This document shows, in pieces, positions 48,203-59,032 of a stretch of 64,000 nucleotides of DNA. Made by a program: the position numbers and the translations under genes. Positions within the stretch are counted from its first letter, which is position 1. Each line of letters opens with the position of its first letter. The stretch comes from Diplonema japonicum (Eukaryota > Protista > Euglenozoa: Diplonemea): assembly GCA_964019335.1 (NCBI GenBank), contig OZ025697.1, positions 62,001 through 126,000 of the forward strand, in the 5' to 3' direction. The notes beneath the pieces are model-generated. The model made no database searches, had not been told where the DNA came from, and was given only the letters and a program-made list of their open reading frames with translations.

Positions 48203-50119
48203 TCAACTATCGTCCGATGATGTGTAGTCGGGCGGCGGGTCTACCCCGTCGGCGTCGGTAACGTCAGAGTCGTCTTCTGAGAACTGTTGTTGGGGAGCAG
48301 CGTACTGAGCGTGGGCGGTGTGCCTGTGGGTGGGAACAGGCTGACCCACCTGCTGATGGAACTGATAAGGCAGTTCTACACTCCCGTGCCCGCTCTGGCT
48401 TGGGCTACGGCTGTACGCTTGTTGACTACCCCCGTAATAGTTGTAATAGTCCATAGAGGAGTTGTACCACTCTCGGTACTCGGGTGACGAATAGTACTCT
48501 TGCAGGGCTTTTTGGTACGCAGCGTGTTCTCTTGTGTGCTCATCATGGGCTTGCCGCACCTTATGTTGTGTGTGCTGTTGCATCCTGTCGAGAGAGCCTT
48601 GCCTTCGCTCGACGGGAGCAGGGTACACCTTGTGAGGGTTCACAGGAGGCGACAGCGACGCAACGGTCGTGTTGCACGACACGCCGAGCATGGGGTCTCT
48701 AGGCACTGTGCTCCTCCCCGTCCATTTGGACCCCGATTTGAAGACATCGCACTCCCGTACCTCCTCCTCACGCTTCACCATCCTTGCCTTCCGCATCCTG
48801 TTCACGTACTCCGAGTAGCCCTTCAGCCTCGTTGTGTCCACGCCGCTGATCGGTATTTCCTGGTTCACGTACGGCCGGAACGTGCAAAACTCTAGTTCCT
48901 CCTTGTCGTGCACGTGCTTCAGTTTTGAAAGGCGATGCTCCCTTCTCGCGATCCACCCCAACCCCTTAGTGGCCAGGTCGGTGTAGCCATGTGACACTTC
49001 GTGCGCTTGGGAAAACGGTGCCGAGCGTGACCGAGTCAGCGCGGGCGTCGCTTTGGGGTCGAAGTAGCACTCCCTTTTCTCTTCTTGCTGGAGGCGTTTT
49101 CGGGTGCGCTCCGTTTCCTGCTGCTTCTTCTTCCCCGCTTGTTCCCAGCGGTTGTACATCGACGACAGCTCGGCACGGGTCATCTTCTTAGTGTTTTGAG
49201 ATGGGATGAAGTCCCCGCGGCTGTCATCACGCTTGGAGTGCATAGGGTGGTTGGGGTTCTGGTGGGAAAGGCGGCCCTTGTGGGTGTTGGAGGAGCGGTC
49301 TGCCATGCCGGAGAGGATGATGGCGGAGGCTTTGCTGACGTGGGACTGCTTCGCAAGGGAGGTGATGGAAGCGGAACGTTCCCTGGTGGCGGACTCCTTC
49401 CTGACCTCGGCACGGGTTTTGTGGTGCTGCAATCTGTCGAAGACTGTGTGAGACTTCTCGGCGGACGAGCTCCGAACTGTAGGTGCCGACACTGTAAGGG
49501 GCGAAACGTATGAAGACGACGGCTGCTGCCCATAAAGCCTGTCAACAACATCCCTGTCAGGGCGAAGCGAGGCAGCGTAGTTGGAGATGGTAGGTTTTTC
49601 TTGCATCCCATGGGACTCGCTTGCGTGCCGTTCTTCAAATTTGTCATATAAGGTTGCCTGTCGTTGCTTCTCATTGACGAGTAGGTAGTCGTGGAGTTCC
49701 ATCCCCTGTGTCCTGTCCCTGACCCCTTCGCTTGTGTTGTTGATGGCAGGGGCAGTTTTCACTTCTTGTTGTTCCCTGTTTGCCTTTTCCCTCTGCAGCT
49801 CCAAGATTCTATCCTTTGCAGCTTGCTGCCATTGTTCGTTATTGTACTTTGGTTGCTTGTACTTACTCGATTCATTAATCCTCGGTTCAAAAGGGAATTT
49901 CTCTTCCTTTCTCTCTGGCCTTTCCGGTACCTTGCACAGCCGGTCTTCAACAGGTACTCCGCCCCTCTTCAGGCCCCTTGCGTATTCCGTGATTAAAGGT
50001 TTGTCCCTTAGTTTGCCAAGCTCCTCCTTTAATCTCTCCGCTTTGAGCTTTTGCGCGTGTTCTTTGTACCCTTCGCCGGCAGACAGCAGCCAGTTTTCAA
50101 CAGGCTGGGGCTCCGCCAT
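48203..50119 (-). CDS. hypothetical basic/helical protein with repeated F-x-P-x-(I/V)-N type motifs (possible microtubule-associated protein)
   Basis: Start MAEPQP at 50119; motifs FPFEPRIN, TAPAIN, EKPTIS, ECYFDPK, FCTFRPYVN. Confidence 0.7.
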   Translation of the reverse strand: MAEPQPVENWLLSAGEGYKEHAQKLKAERLKEELGKLRDKPLITEYARGLKRGGVPVEDRLCKVPERPERKEEKFPFEPRINESSKYKQPKYNNEQWQQAAKDRILELQREKANREQQEVKTAPAINNTSEGVRDRTQGMELHDYLLVNEKQRQATLYDKFEERHASESHGMQEKPTISNYAASLRPDRDVVDRLYGQQPSSSYVSPLTVSAPTVRSSSAEKSHTVFDRLQHHKTRAEVRKESATRERSASITSLAKQSHVSKASAIILSGMADRSSNTHKGRLSHQNPNHPMHSKRDDSRGDFIPSQNTKKMTRAELSSMYNRWEQAGKKKQQETERTRKRLQQEEKRECYFDPKATPALTRSRSAPFSQAHEVSHGYTDLATKGLGWIARREHRLSKLKHVHDKEELEFCTFRPYVNQEIPISGVDTTRLKGYSEYVNRMRKARMVKREEEVRECDVFKSGSKWTGRSTVPRDPMLGVSCNTTVASLSPPVNPHKVYPAPVERRQGSLDRMQQHTQHKVRQAHDEHTREHAAYQKALQEYYSSPEYREWYNSSMDYYNYYGGSQQAYSRSPSQSGHGSVELPYQFHQQVGQPVPTHRHTAHAQYAAPQQQFSEDDSDVTDADGVDPPPDYTSSDDS

Positions 50120-50570
50120 TTTCTTTTTTCTTTTTTGTCGATTCTCCTGTTTACTCCTCGTGGCCGTCTCGGCAAGATGAACAAGTACAGGTCGTAAACT
50201 GACTGAGAAAACATAAAAAAAAAAAAAGAAAATGGCGATAGAAAGAATCAAAACAAAGTAGTACCTCCATGGCCGGACACACCCACGCGCACACTAGTTT
50301 GCTCGTGGCCAAAGGGGGGGGGGGCAAAAAGGGATAGGTGGTTTCTTTTCTTTGAAAAAAAAATATTGAGCAACACAAAACAATAGGAAAGAGAACAGAA
50401 ACACGGGAGGGGGGAGGGGGCCAAATAAAAAGAAATATCACAAAAAAAAAAACTCCCATACACACACAAAAAAAAAAAAAAAAAAAAAAAAAAAAGAAAA
50501 ACCAAAAAAAATGAGAGAACTTTTTTTTTTTTTTTTTTTTCCGCAGCAAACATCGACTCGCTCTGCCTTT

Positions 50571-51686
50571 TTAACTGTAATTAGCAAACTCCCTGTCAGC
50601 GGTCCTGTCGCCCCTGAAAGATTCGCGTTCACCGGAGGTCCCTTGGCGGTGGTGCACGTTGTAGTAGTAAAAAATGGCACCAGCGATGAACGCGACGAAG
50701 ATGGCGCCGATCACCACAGCGAGGACGGCGGTGGGGGAGACACTTTTCGGTTTTTTGAGGTCGAAGATCGTGAACTGCTCGTTGCCGTCCAACACGCTGA
50801 CGGTGAAGAGCTTCGTGGTTCCGAACACCGACACTGACGACACTTCACCGTCGGGCCCGGCTATGTAACTGGACAACCCCACATTGGACGTCTCGATCAT
50901 CCTCACCTCACCACCAGTGGCTACAAATACCTGCCCTGCAACGGAGATATCAGGCCACGACCTAGCAAGCCCAAGACCTACAGATGCAAACGAAATATTC
51001 TGCACATTCGTAGGTTCCCACATCGGCGGTCCAACCACGTACACCGTCAGCATGTCGCCATGCTGAATGTATAAACGGTCATAAACTAAAACATCAGTGG
51101 GAGGCTCACTGAACTGGAAGATATGTTGAACGGCGCCAGTGGTATTGAAGACAGAGACGGCGGATTGAGCTAGACAGGTGGCGTAGATGTGATCGGAAAC
51201 GGCAAGTTTATCGCCGCAAAAATCTGATGCGAGTTCTTGTGGTGTGAATGAGAATGTTTCGGTGGAAACGTCTATGGAGTAGAGTGACGTTGTTGAGACG
51301 TAAAGGATGTCGCCGGCAAGAGCGAGATCCTTGACGGCGGTGGGGAGTAAAACGTGCTGTTGCATGGTAGGTGGTTCCTCTGTGGCGTTCAGAACTGTAA
51401 CGCAAGCTCCGCTTGCGACGAAGATGAGCTCTCCTTTGTTGGTTGAGGTTATCGCCTGTACTTTTTCGTTGCATTGAGGATCCATATCGATCGTGCGGTT
51501 TTCTCTGGGTTCTTTCCAGTCGGTCATGATTATTACCGAGGCTTTTGACTTTGTACCAACGTATGCAAATTGATCATTCTCACGCGGAACATGCACCACA
51601 TGCGCATCCGTTACATTCAATTCCCCGATTTTTTTGTATCCCGTAGTTGCGTAGGTCGCCGTTGCCAGTAGATGAAACGCTAGCAT
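50571..51686 (-). CDS. type I membrane protein with beta-propeller-like ectodomain (371 aa)
   Basis: Signal peptide, short beta-strand repeats (DLALAGDILYVS, KLAVSDHIYAT), C-terminal TM AVLAVVIGAIFVAFIAGAIFYYY. Confidence 0.75.
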   Translation of the reverse strand: MLAFHLLATATYATTGYKKIGELNVTDAHVVHVPRENDQFAYVGTKSKASVIIMTDWKEPRENRTIDMDPQCNEKVQAITSTNKGELIFVASGACVTVLNATEEPPTMQQHVLLPTAVKDLALAGDILYVSTTSLYSIDVSTETFSFTPQELASDFCGDKLAVSDHIYATCLAQSAVSVFNTTGAVQHIFQFSEPPTDVLVYDRLYIQHGDMLTVYVVGPPMWEPTNVQNISFASVGLGLARSWPDISVAGQVFVATGGEVRMIETSNVGLSSYIAGPDGEVSSVSVFGTTKLFTVSVLDGNEQFTIFDLKKPKSVSPTAVLAVVIGAIFVAFIAGAIFYYYNVHHRQGTSGERESFRGDRTADREFANYS

Positions 51687-52227
51687 TTTTTTTTCTTCCC
51701 CTTGTGATAATGGTAGAGGGGGGGTTTTTTTTTAAAGTAAAAGTGTGGGAATAGGTATGGGGAAGGTTACGTGTGGGAGGGGGGGATAGAATATAAGAAA
51801 AAAAAAGTTGGGGGATTAAAAAAAAAGTTAGGGGGTATCTTAAGAAAAATTAAGAGGTGGTATTTTTTTTGGGGGGGGGGCAAAAAGGGAGCGTGGACAA
51901 CGGGCTTTCTTCTGTTCTAAAAGAAAAAAAAAAAAAAAAAAAGAAAAGAAACACACTTTTTTTTTCTTAACTCTTCCTGCATCTAGGAAAAAAAAAAAGA
52001 AAGAAAAAAAACCGCCCCCGTCTTATCTAATTAAAAGGAGGGAAAAAAAAAAAAAGCAAACAAGAAAGAGCACACTTTTTTTTGTTGTTTTTATTTTTTT
52101 TTTATATAAAAAGGGGATCAAAACCCCGCCACCCCCCCCCCCCACTCTAAGCCCTTTTTCCCCCTTTTACTTATTCTTGTGTATTTGTCACCCCCCCCCC
52201 CCCCATATAACCCGCAGTAAGTTCTTA

Positions 52228-52317
52228 TCACTCTTCCATGGGTTCCGAGATCTCAAACAGCTGTCGCTTCTCCTCGGTAAGGATACCTTTTTTTTCATTT
52301 ATTTTTTTCATTTTTCA

Positions 52318-52360
<43 letters not shown>

Positions 52361-52476
52361 CGGTTGTGCCAGGCTCCATGGTAACAGGGTATTGCCTTTT
52401 GTACTGCTTTTCATTGACAGACGCAAGATCCTTATCATACGGGCGCAACATGGTACCGGAGGTGTCTCCCTTCTGC

Positions 52477-52512
<36 letters not shown>

Positions 52513-53186
52513 TTTTCCACCCCTTCCTTAAATACCTTGCACACCCACAGGTCACAGCAGTTACCCGATCCAAGGTCGTGGAAAATACCGGCGCGGAGTG
52601 CTTGATGCGCAAGGTCTTTCGCTTCCTCTTCTGTCAGGTCGTCTCTGTAGCCTTTGTCGAGGACCGCCTGTGCGGCGAGGGAACCAGAACCCATGGTAAG
52701 GTAGGCGTGCCTGCGAGAGTAACCGTGGTTGGTGATGGAGCACAGGTTGGGACCGTTCACATCACAACCCCCAAGAATGATGTGAGCGCCAATGTACCCC
52801 TGGTACTTTGCAAGGTGACGTTTGATCAGAAACTCCGCGTGTCTGAACCGTGTTTGTTTACCGGTTTCAAACCTGTGGAGGTTGAGGGAGGCCTGTATCA
52901 TTTTCATCACGTGGTCACAGTCTGCGGCTGTACCTGCCCCGCAGGCAGTTACGTTGGGTGCCAAGTCATGGATCTTCTGACACCATTTATCCGCGACGAT
53001 CTGGCCCGCCGAGGCCCTGTTATCACTCCCCATCACAACCCCGCCTTTGAACACCAAACCCACAATTGTTGTCCCCGTCTTCTTGTGCTTCGATGCCACA
53101 CCCTTCTCCGCCAGTCCCGCGTTACGCTGCACATTTTCAAAATTGAACGCCTGCAGCTGGCTTTTGGGTGGGGCCGGACCTGCCAT
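52228..53186 (-). CDS. PSMB7: 20S proteasome subunit beta-2 (beta type 7)
   Basis: Propeptide FNFENVQRN..KKTG|TTIVG, GAGTAAD, YQGYIGA, MGSGSLAA, GIFHDLGSG; introns 52473..52535 and 52287..52360. Confidence 0.95.
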
Positions 53187-53643
53187 ATTTTTTTTTTTCC
53201 CTCTCTTTTTCTTTTTTTTTTTTTGCTTTCTTTTTTTTTTTTCCCCGAAAATCAACCGAGAAAAAAAAGGGGGGGGGGGGAGGGGAAAAAGAATGTAGGG
53301 GAAAGGCTTCATTTCGTTGGAAGGGGGTAAAAACAAATGGGATTTTTTTTTTCTTCCCCCCCTTCCTCGGATACTTGAAGCGAACAAGAGAAGGAAAAAA
53401 AAGGGGGGGGGGAGGGAATGGGGGGAAAAAAGAAAAAAAAGAAAAAAAAGAAAACGTTTAGGGAAAGGGGGGGTAGTGGAAGAAAGAAAAAAAAAAGTTA
53501 AAGGGTCTCTACCTGTTCCCCTCTTCTGGTGGGGCCTCGGTCTTTCCCCCTTTTTTTTTTCCTTCTTCCGACTGTGTTGCCTTTCTCACCTATCATCGTC
53601 ACAAGAAAGACCTTCATTTTAAGAAAGGAAAAGATTTGTGTGG

Positions 53644-53674
<31 letters not shown>

Positions 53675-54029
53675 CGGGGGGGAAAAAAAAGAAAGAAAAT
53701 CTAAAATAAACTAAACGCGTCATCGGGGATCGGGGGAAAAGCGACACTTTTTTTTTCTCTCTTCAAATTTCTTTTTTCCCTCTTCTTGCGATAATACCTC
53801 TCCCCCTTTTTTCCTCTTCCTTCGGTGGTCTAACTAATGAACATAAAAAAAAAGACCCCCCCCATTTTTTTTTCTTCTTTTATTCTCCCTCATTTTCTTT
53901 TTCTTGTATTCTTCTTTGCTCTCACAGGGCTCAATAAACTGGCCCCAAATGGGTTAAGTTATGAGATAAAAGAAGAAGGGACAATAGAAAAAAAGAAACT
54001 TTTTTTTTTTTTTCTCTCTCCCCCACCCT

Positions 54030-56172
54030 TTACAGAGACCAGTCAATAGGCGACTTCCCCACCGACTCCAAAGCGCTGTTGGTACGCGAGAAAACCTTAC
54101 AATTCTTCCATTTGTTCCAGCTGAGAGGGGACGGGTGCGCTGATTCAACCACCTTTTTTTTTTTTTTTGTTCTTTTTTTTTTTTTTTTTTGTACACACCG
54201 CATGTTTCGATTTGTTAATCATGGTCAATTTCTTCTTAGCATAGTTCCCCCAAGCAACGAAGACGACCCTGTTATTTCCAGCATTCAGCAGTCGTATCAC
54301 GCTGTCTGTGAACATCTGCCACCCACTTGCAGCGTGCGAATTCGGCTTGTGCGCTTCTACAGTCAAAACTGTGTTCAACATCAGCACACCCCGCTGTGCC
54401 CAGGCTGTTAAATCTCCCGACTTGGGCTCCTTCCACCCCTTGATGTCGGTTTTCAACTCCTTGAACACATTTTTTAGACTTGGGGGCAATTTCTTGCCAC
54501 CCATCACCGAGAAACACAACCCGTGTGCTTGGTTCACATCGTGATAAGGGTCCTGCCCAATAAGCACCACCTTAACCGACGACAAAGGCGTCAAGTTGAA
54601 CGCGTTGAACACCAGCCCGTCAGAGGGGAACACCGTTGTACGCTTACGTTCTTTGATGAGCCACTTTTTTTTTTTTTTTTTTGAAAAAAAAAAAAAAAAA
54701 AAAAAAGAAATACATACATCGTTCAAATAGGTAAAGTAAGGTTGTTGCACTTCGTCGAGCAAAGCGGTTTTCCATTCCTTGCTCTTCATGTTTTCCCACA
54801 ATGGGAGTTTCACGTCCTTCGCCAAACCGAAGAGGTGCGCGGGTGCCTTTCTCGCAGAAGCAGGTGTTGCAGGAGCGGGTTTATCCGTTTCATCTTCCGA
54901 GAGGTCAGTAGGTGCATCGTTGTCATTGGCGGCCGTTGACTTCGTTGCCAACGGGATTCGTTTGAAACGTTTAACCGTTGCCGTGAGGGGCGTGGCTGCC
55001 ATCGCATCGTGGAGGCGTTTCTTCATCTGACGGATCTTTTCATCGTGCTGGCGGGCAGCTTCTGCAGAGGCGGCTGCTTCAGCAGCTTCCTTCTTCTGTT
55101 GTTCCTCGTCAGGTGTGAGGTCCCCGATGGCAGCCTTAGAAATGGTCAGGATCAGCTTCCTCTGTGACACGATTTCCCCCTTCAGTATCTCCATGCTCTT
55201 GCGCATGTACTGTCTTTCAATGTCGCGTGCCTTCTCCTTTTCCACTTCTTCGGCGTATTTTCTTTCAAACTCAACTTGCAGGAATCTTTCCTTGTCCTTG
55301 ACCTCTTCGTTGACAAGGCGGGTCATCTCCTGTTGTAGCTCCCTGTCTCTGTTTTCCTTGGCCTCCCTCAACCCACGGAGGACTCTGAGAGCCTCGGAGT
55401 CGATCGACACCATGTTCTTCCTTGCTAGTTTTGAGTTCGTGGATTCCAGTTCATGTTTGTCGATGTCTCGTGTTGCTTGCTTGTCGAAGTCGTTTTGTTT
55501 GACGTCCTGCTGGGCGATCTCGAAGCCGAGGGTGTTCAGTCTTTGGATGTCTTTGACAGCTTCCCCTGAGATCCTCAGCGGGATGAGCGATCTTTCTAAT
55601 GTGTTGACAACCTCAATAAAACCCGCTCGAGAGGTGTCCAAGTCGATGGTGCCAGGGCTCATGTCGTAGTCGTTGTTGAAGTTGGGCTGTGCAGGCTGGC
55701 CCATTCCCCAGCTGGGTTGTGGTGTGGAGTTGGAAGCGCCGAATGACAAGTTGTTGTTGTTGTTGTTCCCGAACGAGAAGCCTCCCGTCTGCTGGACAGG
55801 CGGAGAAGCGTTGAAGCCGAACCCTGATGGCTGCGCCGCGGGTACAGGAAGAGCGCCACCGAAGCCGCCTCCAAAGTTGCCGCTTCCAAAGCCGGTCTGA
55901 TGTTGAACGCCGCCGAAGCCGCCGCCGCCTCCAAAGCCGCCCCCAAAACCGGTGGTCTGTTGTGGTTGTTGTTGTTGTTGCTGTCCGTTCCACCCTTGTC
56001 CCCAGGTTTTTTTCTTGTACCATGCGCCCTTTCCTCCCATTGACCGGTTTTGCTTCACGGGTGATACTTTTTCGTCAGAGTCTTCTTCAGAGTCTTCTTC
56101 ATCTGTTTCAACAGTCTCGGTTTCCGTCATATCCTCTGACTCTGTCTCTGATCCTACCATTTGTCTGGCCAT
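54030..56172 (-). CDS. UNG: family-1 uracil-DNA glycosylase with long N-terminal acidic, FG-repeat and coiled-coil extension
   Basis: VKVVLIGQDPYH, AHGLCFSV, PPSLKN, GVLMLNTVLTV, HPSPLS and PIDW after removing introns 54664..54717 and 54153..54198; one continuous frame from ATG 56172 to 54718. Confidence 0.9.
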
Positions 56173-56175
56173 CTT

Positions 56176-56209
<34 letters not shown>

Positions 56210-56288
56210 CTCCTCCCACCGCTTCCTTTTGGAAAGAAAAAAAATTTTTTTTTTACTTTCAAAGAAAAAAAAAAAAAAAAAAAAAAAG

Positions 56289-56543
56289 TTAGCTTTTGCT
56301 TTTCGCATCAAGCTCATCGATTTCTCTCTGTACCTCGGCCCGATACTGAAGGTACGACCGGTTGTCAGCCCACGACCAGTAGGTGTTTTCGATGTAATCG
56401 TCAAATAGAAAGAATGTTATTGTGGGCACGATTACCAGTGTGCCGAAAAGTATGGCATAATCTACTTTCGTGCGAGTGATGTTTTGGGTGCGCCGGAGAC
56501 TTCTCGCGTCATTCGCGAGTATAAGCCGGGTGAGGCGAAACAT
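56289..56543 (-). CDS. small single-TM protein with putative mitochondrial presequence (84 aa)
   Basis: MFRLTRLILA N-terminus, one TM (AILFGTLVIVPTITFFLF). Confidence 0.65.
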   Translation of the reverse strand: MFRLTRLILANDARSLRRTQNITRTKVDYAILFGTLVIVPTITFFLFDDYIENTYWSWADNRSYLQYRAEVQREIDELDAKSKS

Positions 56544-56721
56544 TCTTTTTTTTTTTTTTTTTTTTTTTTTTTTCCTCCTTCAAACCTCTACCCTTCCCCC
56601 TTTTCTTTTTATATAAGCTTTTCGATACGGATCTTTTCTTTTAAAAACTTTTTTATATAAAAACCTTGATGATAAAAAAAAAGGTTTTGATCGAAAAAAA
56701 ATAAAATAAAAAGAGGTGTGA

Positions 56722-57264
56722 CTACTTTTCCTCTTCCTCCTCCTCCTCCTCCTCGTCTTGATCATCATCAAATGTTGGGGCCACGTTTGGGTTCCCACGC
56801 AGCCAGGGATCTTCTTCTTGACTTTCTTCCTCTTCACTTTCTTCCTCTTCTATTTTCTCGTTCTCTGGTGGAGATTGTTGTTGTTGTTGATTTTCTGTAA
56901 ATCTTTTTGGGAGATTGCCTTCTTTCATAAATTGTTTCACCTGTTTTTATGTTGGGGGGGACAAAAAAAAAAAAGAAACCTGTTTCTCACTTAACCGGTG
57001 GTTAATCACCCCACAGACCCCAGCTTCTTCATCACATTCTTTTGCTACCACAATCAAATCCCCTCTTTTGATCCACACCACTTTGTTAAATTTTGCGGGG
57101 AGCCTGACCAATAACAAATTTCCCTCGGCATCCTCCACCTGGTAGTGGTTCCCCCGCATGTCTACAAGCCTGACCACAAACTCATCCTCTTCCATTGTGT
57201 ATCTGTCACTGTTGTGTGTTTGACAGAGGTGCTTTGCACGATGTTTCCTTCCTGCCCCGGACAT
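56722..57264 (-). CDS. EIF1AD: eIF1A-domain protein (eIF1AD-like)
   Basis: RGNHYQVE..LLVRLPAKFNKVVWIKRGDLIVV; intron 56941..56979; acidic tail. Confidence 0.88.
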
Positions 57265-57324
57265 TTTTTTTTTTTTCTCTTTTTTTTTTCTTCGAAAAGC
57301 TGAGCATACGTATACGCTTACGCA

Positions 57325-57359
<35 letters not shown>

Positions 57360-57681
57360 GGCTTTGATTGCAACACTAGGTGGCGTTAAGCGTGCAATGA
57401 AGCACGAACTACCTACTTGATTACAGGGGGCGCTCCTCGGCCGAGCAGTAGCTTCTTCTGCATTCCGCGTCGTGTCCTTAATGCGTGCGGTGTGCTCAAC
57501 CCTAGCCGGGGCGTCCCGAGTAACCAAGATTCTGCGCTCGTGCAGTTTGCTGCCTGTTCGTCACCCTGAGCATCTGCGTTACGTTCTTCCACTCGGGCGC
57601 TACCGGTGATGACCGACGAGGAGGTCAACAGCGAACAACACATCTGATGTACTTCTTATATTTTCATGTTATCCCCACCAC

Positions 57682-57719
<38 letters not shown>

Positions 57720-57736
57720 TTTTTTTTTTTTCAAAT

Positions 57737-59032
57737 CTAAAGTAACCCCTTAACATCCTCTTCGGTACCTACAAACCGTATTTTGTCCCACGGTACGCGG
57801 ATGGACACACCATCTTTCATGACGATTGCATTGGTAAACATGTGTTTTTGCACAACACCGGACCTGAAGGAACCACCTGCATCATGGAAGAGAACACTTG
57901 CCCCAACTGGCGGCTGCGTCGCGAGGCGAACACGGGGGAAAACAGTATCCAAGGCAGCAATTATTTTCGAGTGGAGTTGATGGTGAAGATGATGCGGCAC
58001 GTACCCAGGGCTTGTGGAGAGGGATACACCTCGTGGTGGTCCATGAACATCAACTAGCCTCTTCACTTCGCGACGAAGCGTATCGACACCTCTATCAAGC
58101 CCGGTCATTGTAAGGACATGTCTGGGCAGACCGAAACCGATATCTGCAAGGTTAAAAATCTCCTCAGTAGCGTGTTTACTCCCGTCCCATGTTGAAAACC
58201 ACTTCAAAAAATTCGGAAAGGTCGTGTTTTCGGGGAATTCCTTCAAGAAACCGTCGAGCCTCGTTTGGTCTTTCGAAAGAACGATTTCTTTAAGCTCCGT
58301 CGGGGTGTCGAGGAATGCTAATATCTCGCCCAAATCCTTTGCGACGGCTTCCCCCACCATCCCCACCACAGCGTTCAGAACAGGGTTATCGCATGTTACG
58401 TAATCTTCATCAACATCAATAACATAAGCCTGAGATGCTGGGGAAAACGGTTTGTTATGCCTCACAACCTTCAACCCAAACCAAGATGTGACGGGGAGGG
58501 TTTTGTTCTTCCGCCTGCCTTGTGTTAAATTCGAAGACGCCCAATAGTCCAGCACCGTTGCTGGTGATGAGGAGAACACAATATCTGGAGGGGTCCCGTG
58601 GATGCTCACATTATATGAGCCTTCTTGGAATTGCAAGGACCAAGCAGGGGCTACCCATATTACCTCTTTAACATTGTTCGTGAGAATTAAAGGGAGTAGC
58701 CAGTCTGCAATGTCGGTGAATTTCTCTGCCGAACGGGCCCAATGAGGGTGTTTATTGTTGACAGTGTGCCAGACGCCTGGGGGGAAGCTGGGCATGCCGA
58801 GGTCCGGGTGGCTGTCGAAATGTATAAAGCTCATCCCTGTTCCCCATTTTGCCACGGTGCCCATTACCTCGTTGTGGTTCTCTCCTATAACCGCTCTTAC
58901 CTCGTTTTCTTCAATAGCATCGGGATGGAAATGTTTCTCGATGGTTTTCGCTGTGCCCACCGTTATCCTTTCTCCCATGAGGATTAATATTAAGCACACT
59001 AGCACCATTTCCCGTAGTTTGGGCTTATTCAT
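57737..59032 (-). CDS. UPF0489 (C5orf22-like) domain protein with N-terminal hydrophobic segment
   Basis: ENHNEVM, IHFDSHPDL, IADWLLPLI, VIWV and VIDVDEDY motifs; the 3' end may be altered by an intron ending at the AG at 57682. Confidence 0.75.
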   Translation of the reverse strand: MNKPKLREMVLVCLILILMGERITVGTAKTIEKHFHPDAIEENEVRAVIGENHNEVMGTVAKWGTGMSFIHFDSHPDLGMPSFPPGVWHTVNNKHPHWARSAEKFTDIADWLLPLILTNNVKEVIWVAPAWSLQFQEGSYNVSIHGTPPDIVFSSSPATVLDYWASSNLTQGRRKNKTLPVTSWFGLKVVRHNKPFSPASQAYVIDVDEDYVTCDNPVLNAVVGMVGEAVAKDLGEILAFLDTPTELKEIVLSKDQTRLDGFLKEFPENTTFPNFLKWFSTWDGSKHATEEIFNLADIGFGLPRHVLTMTGLDRGVDTLRREVKRLVDVHGPPRGVSLSTSPGYVPHHLHHQLHSKIIAALDTVFPRVRLATQPPVGASVLFHDAGGSFRSGVVQKHMFTNAIVMKDGVSIRVPWDKIRFVGTEEDVKGLL

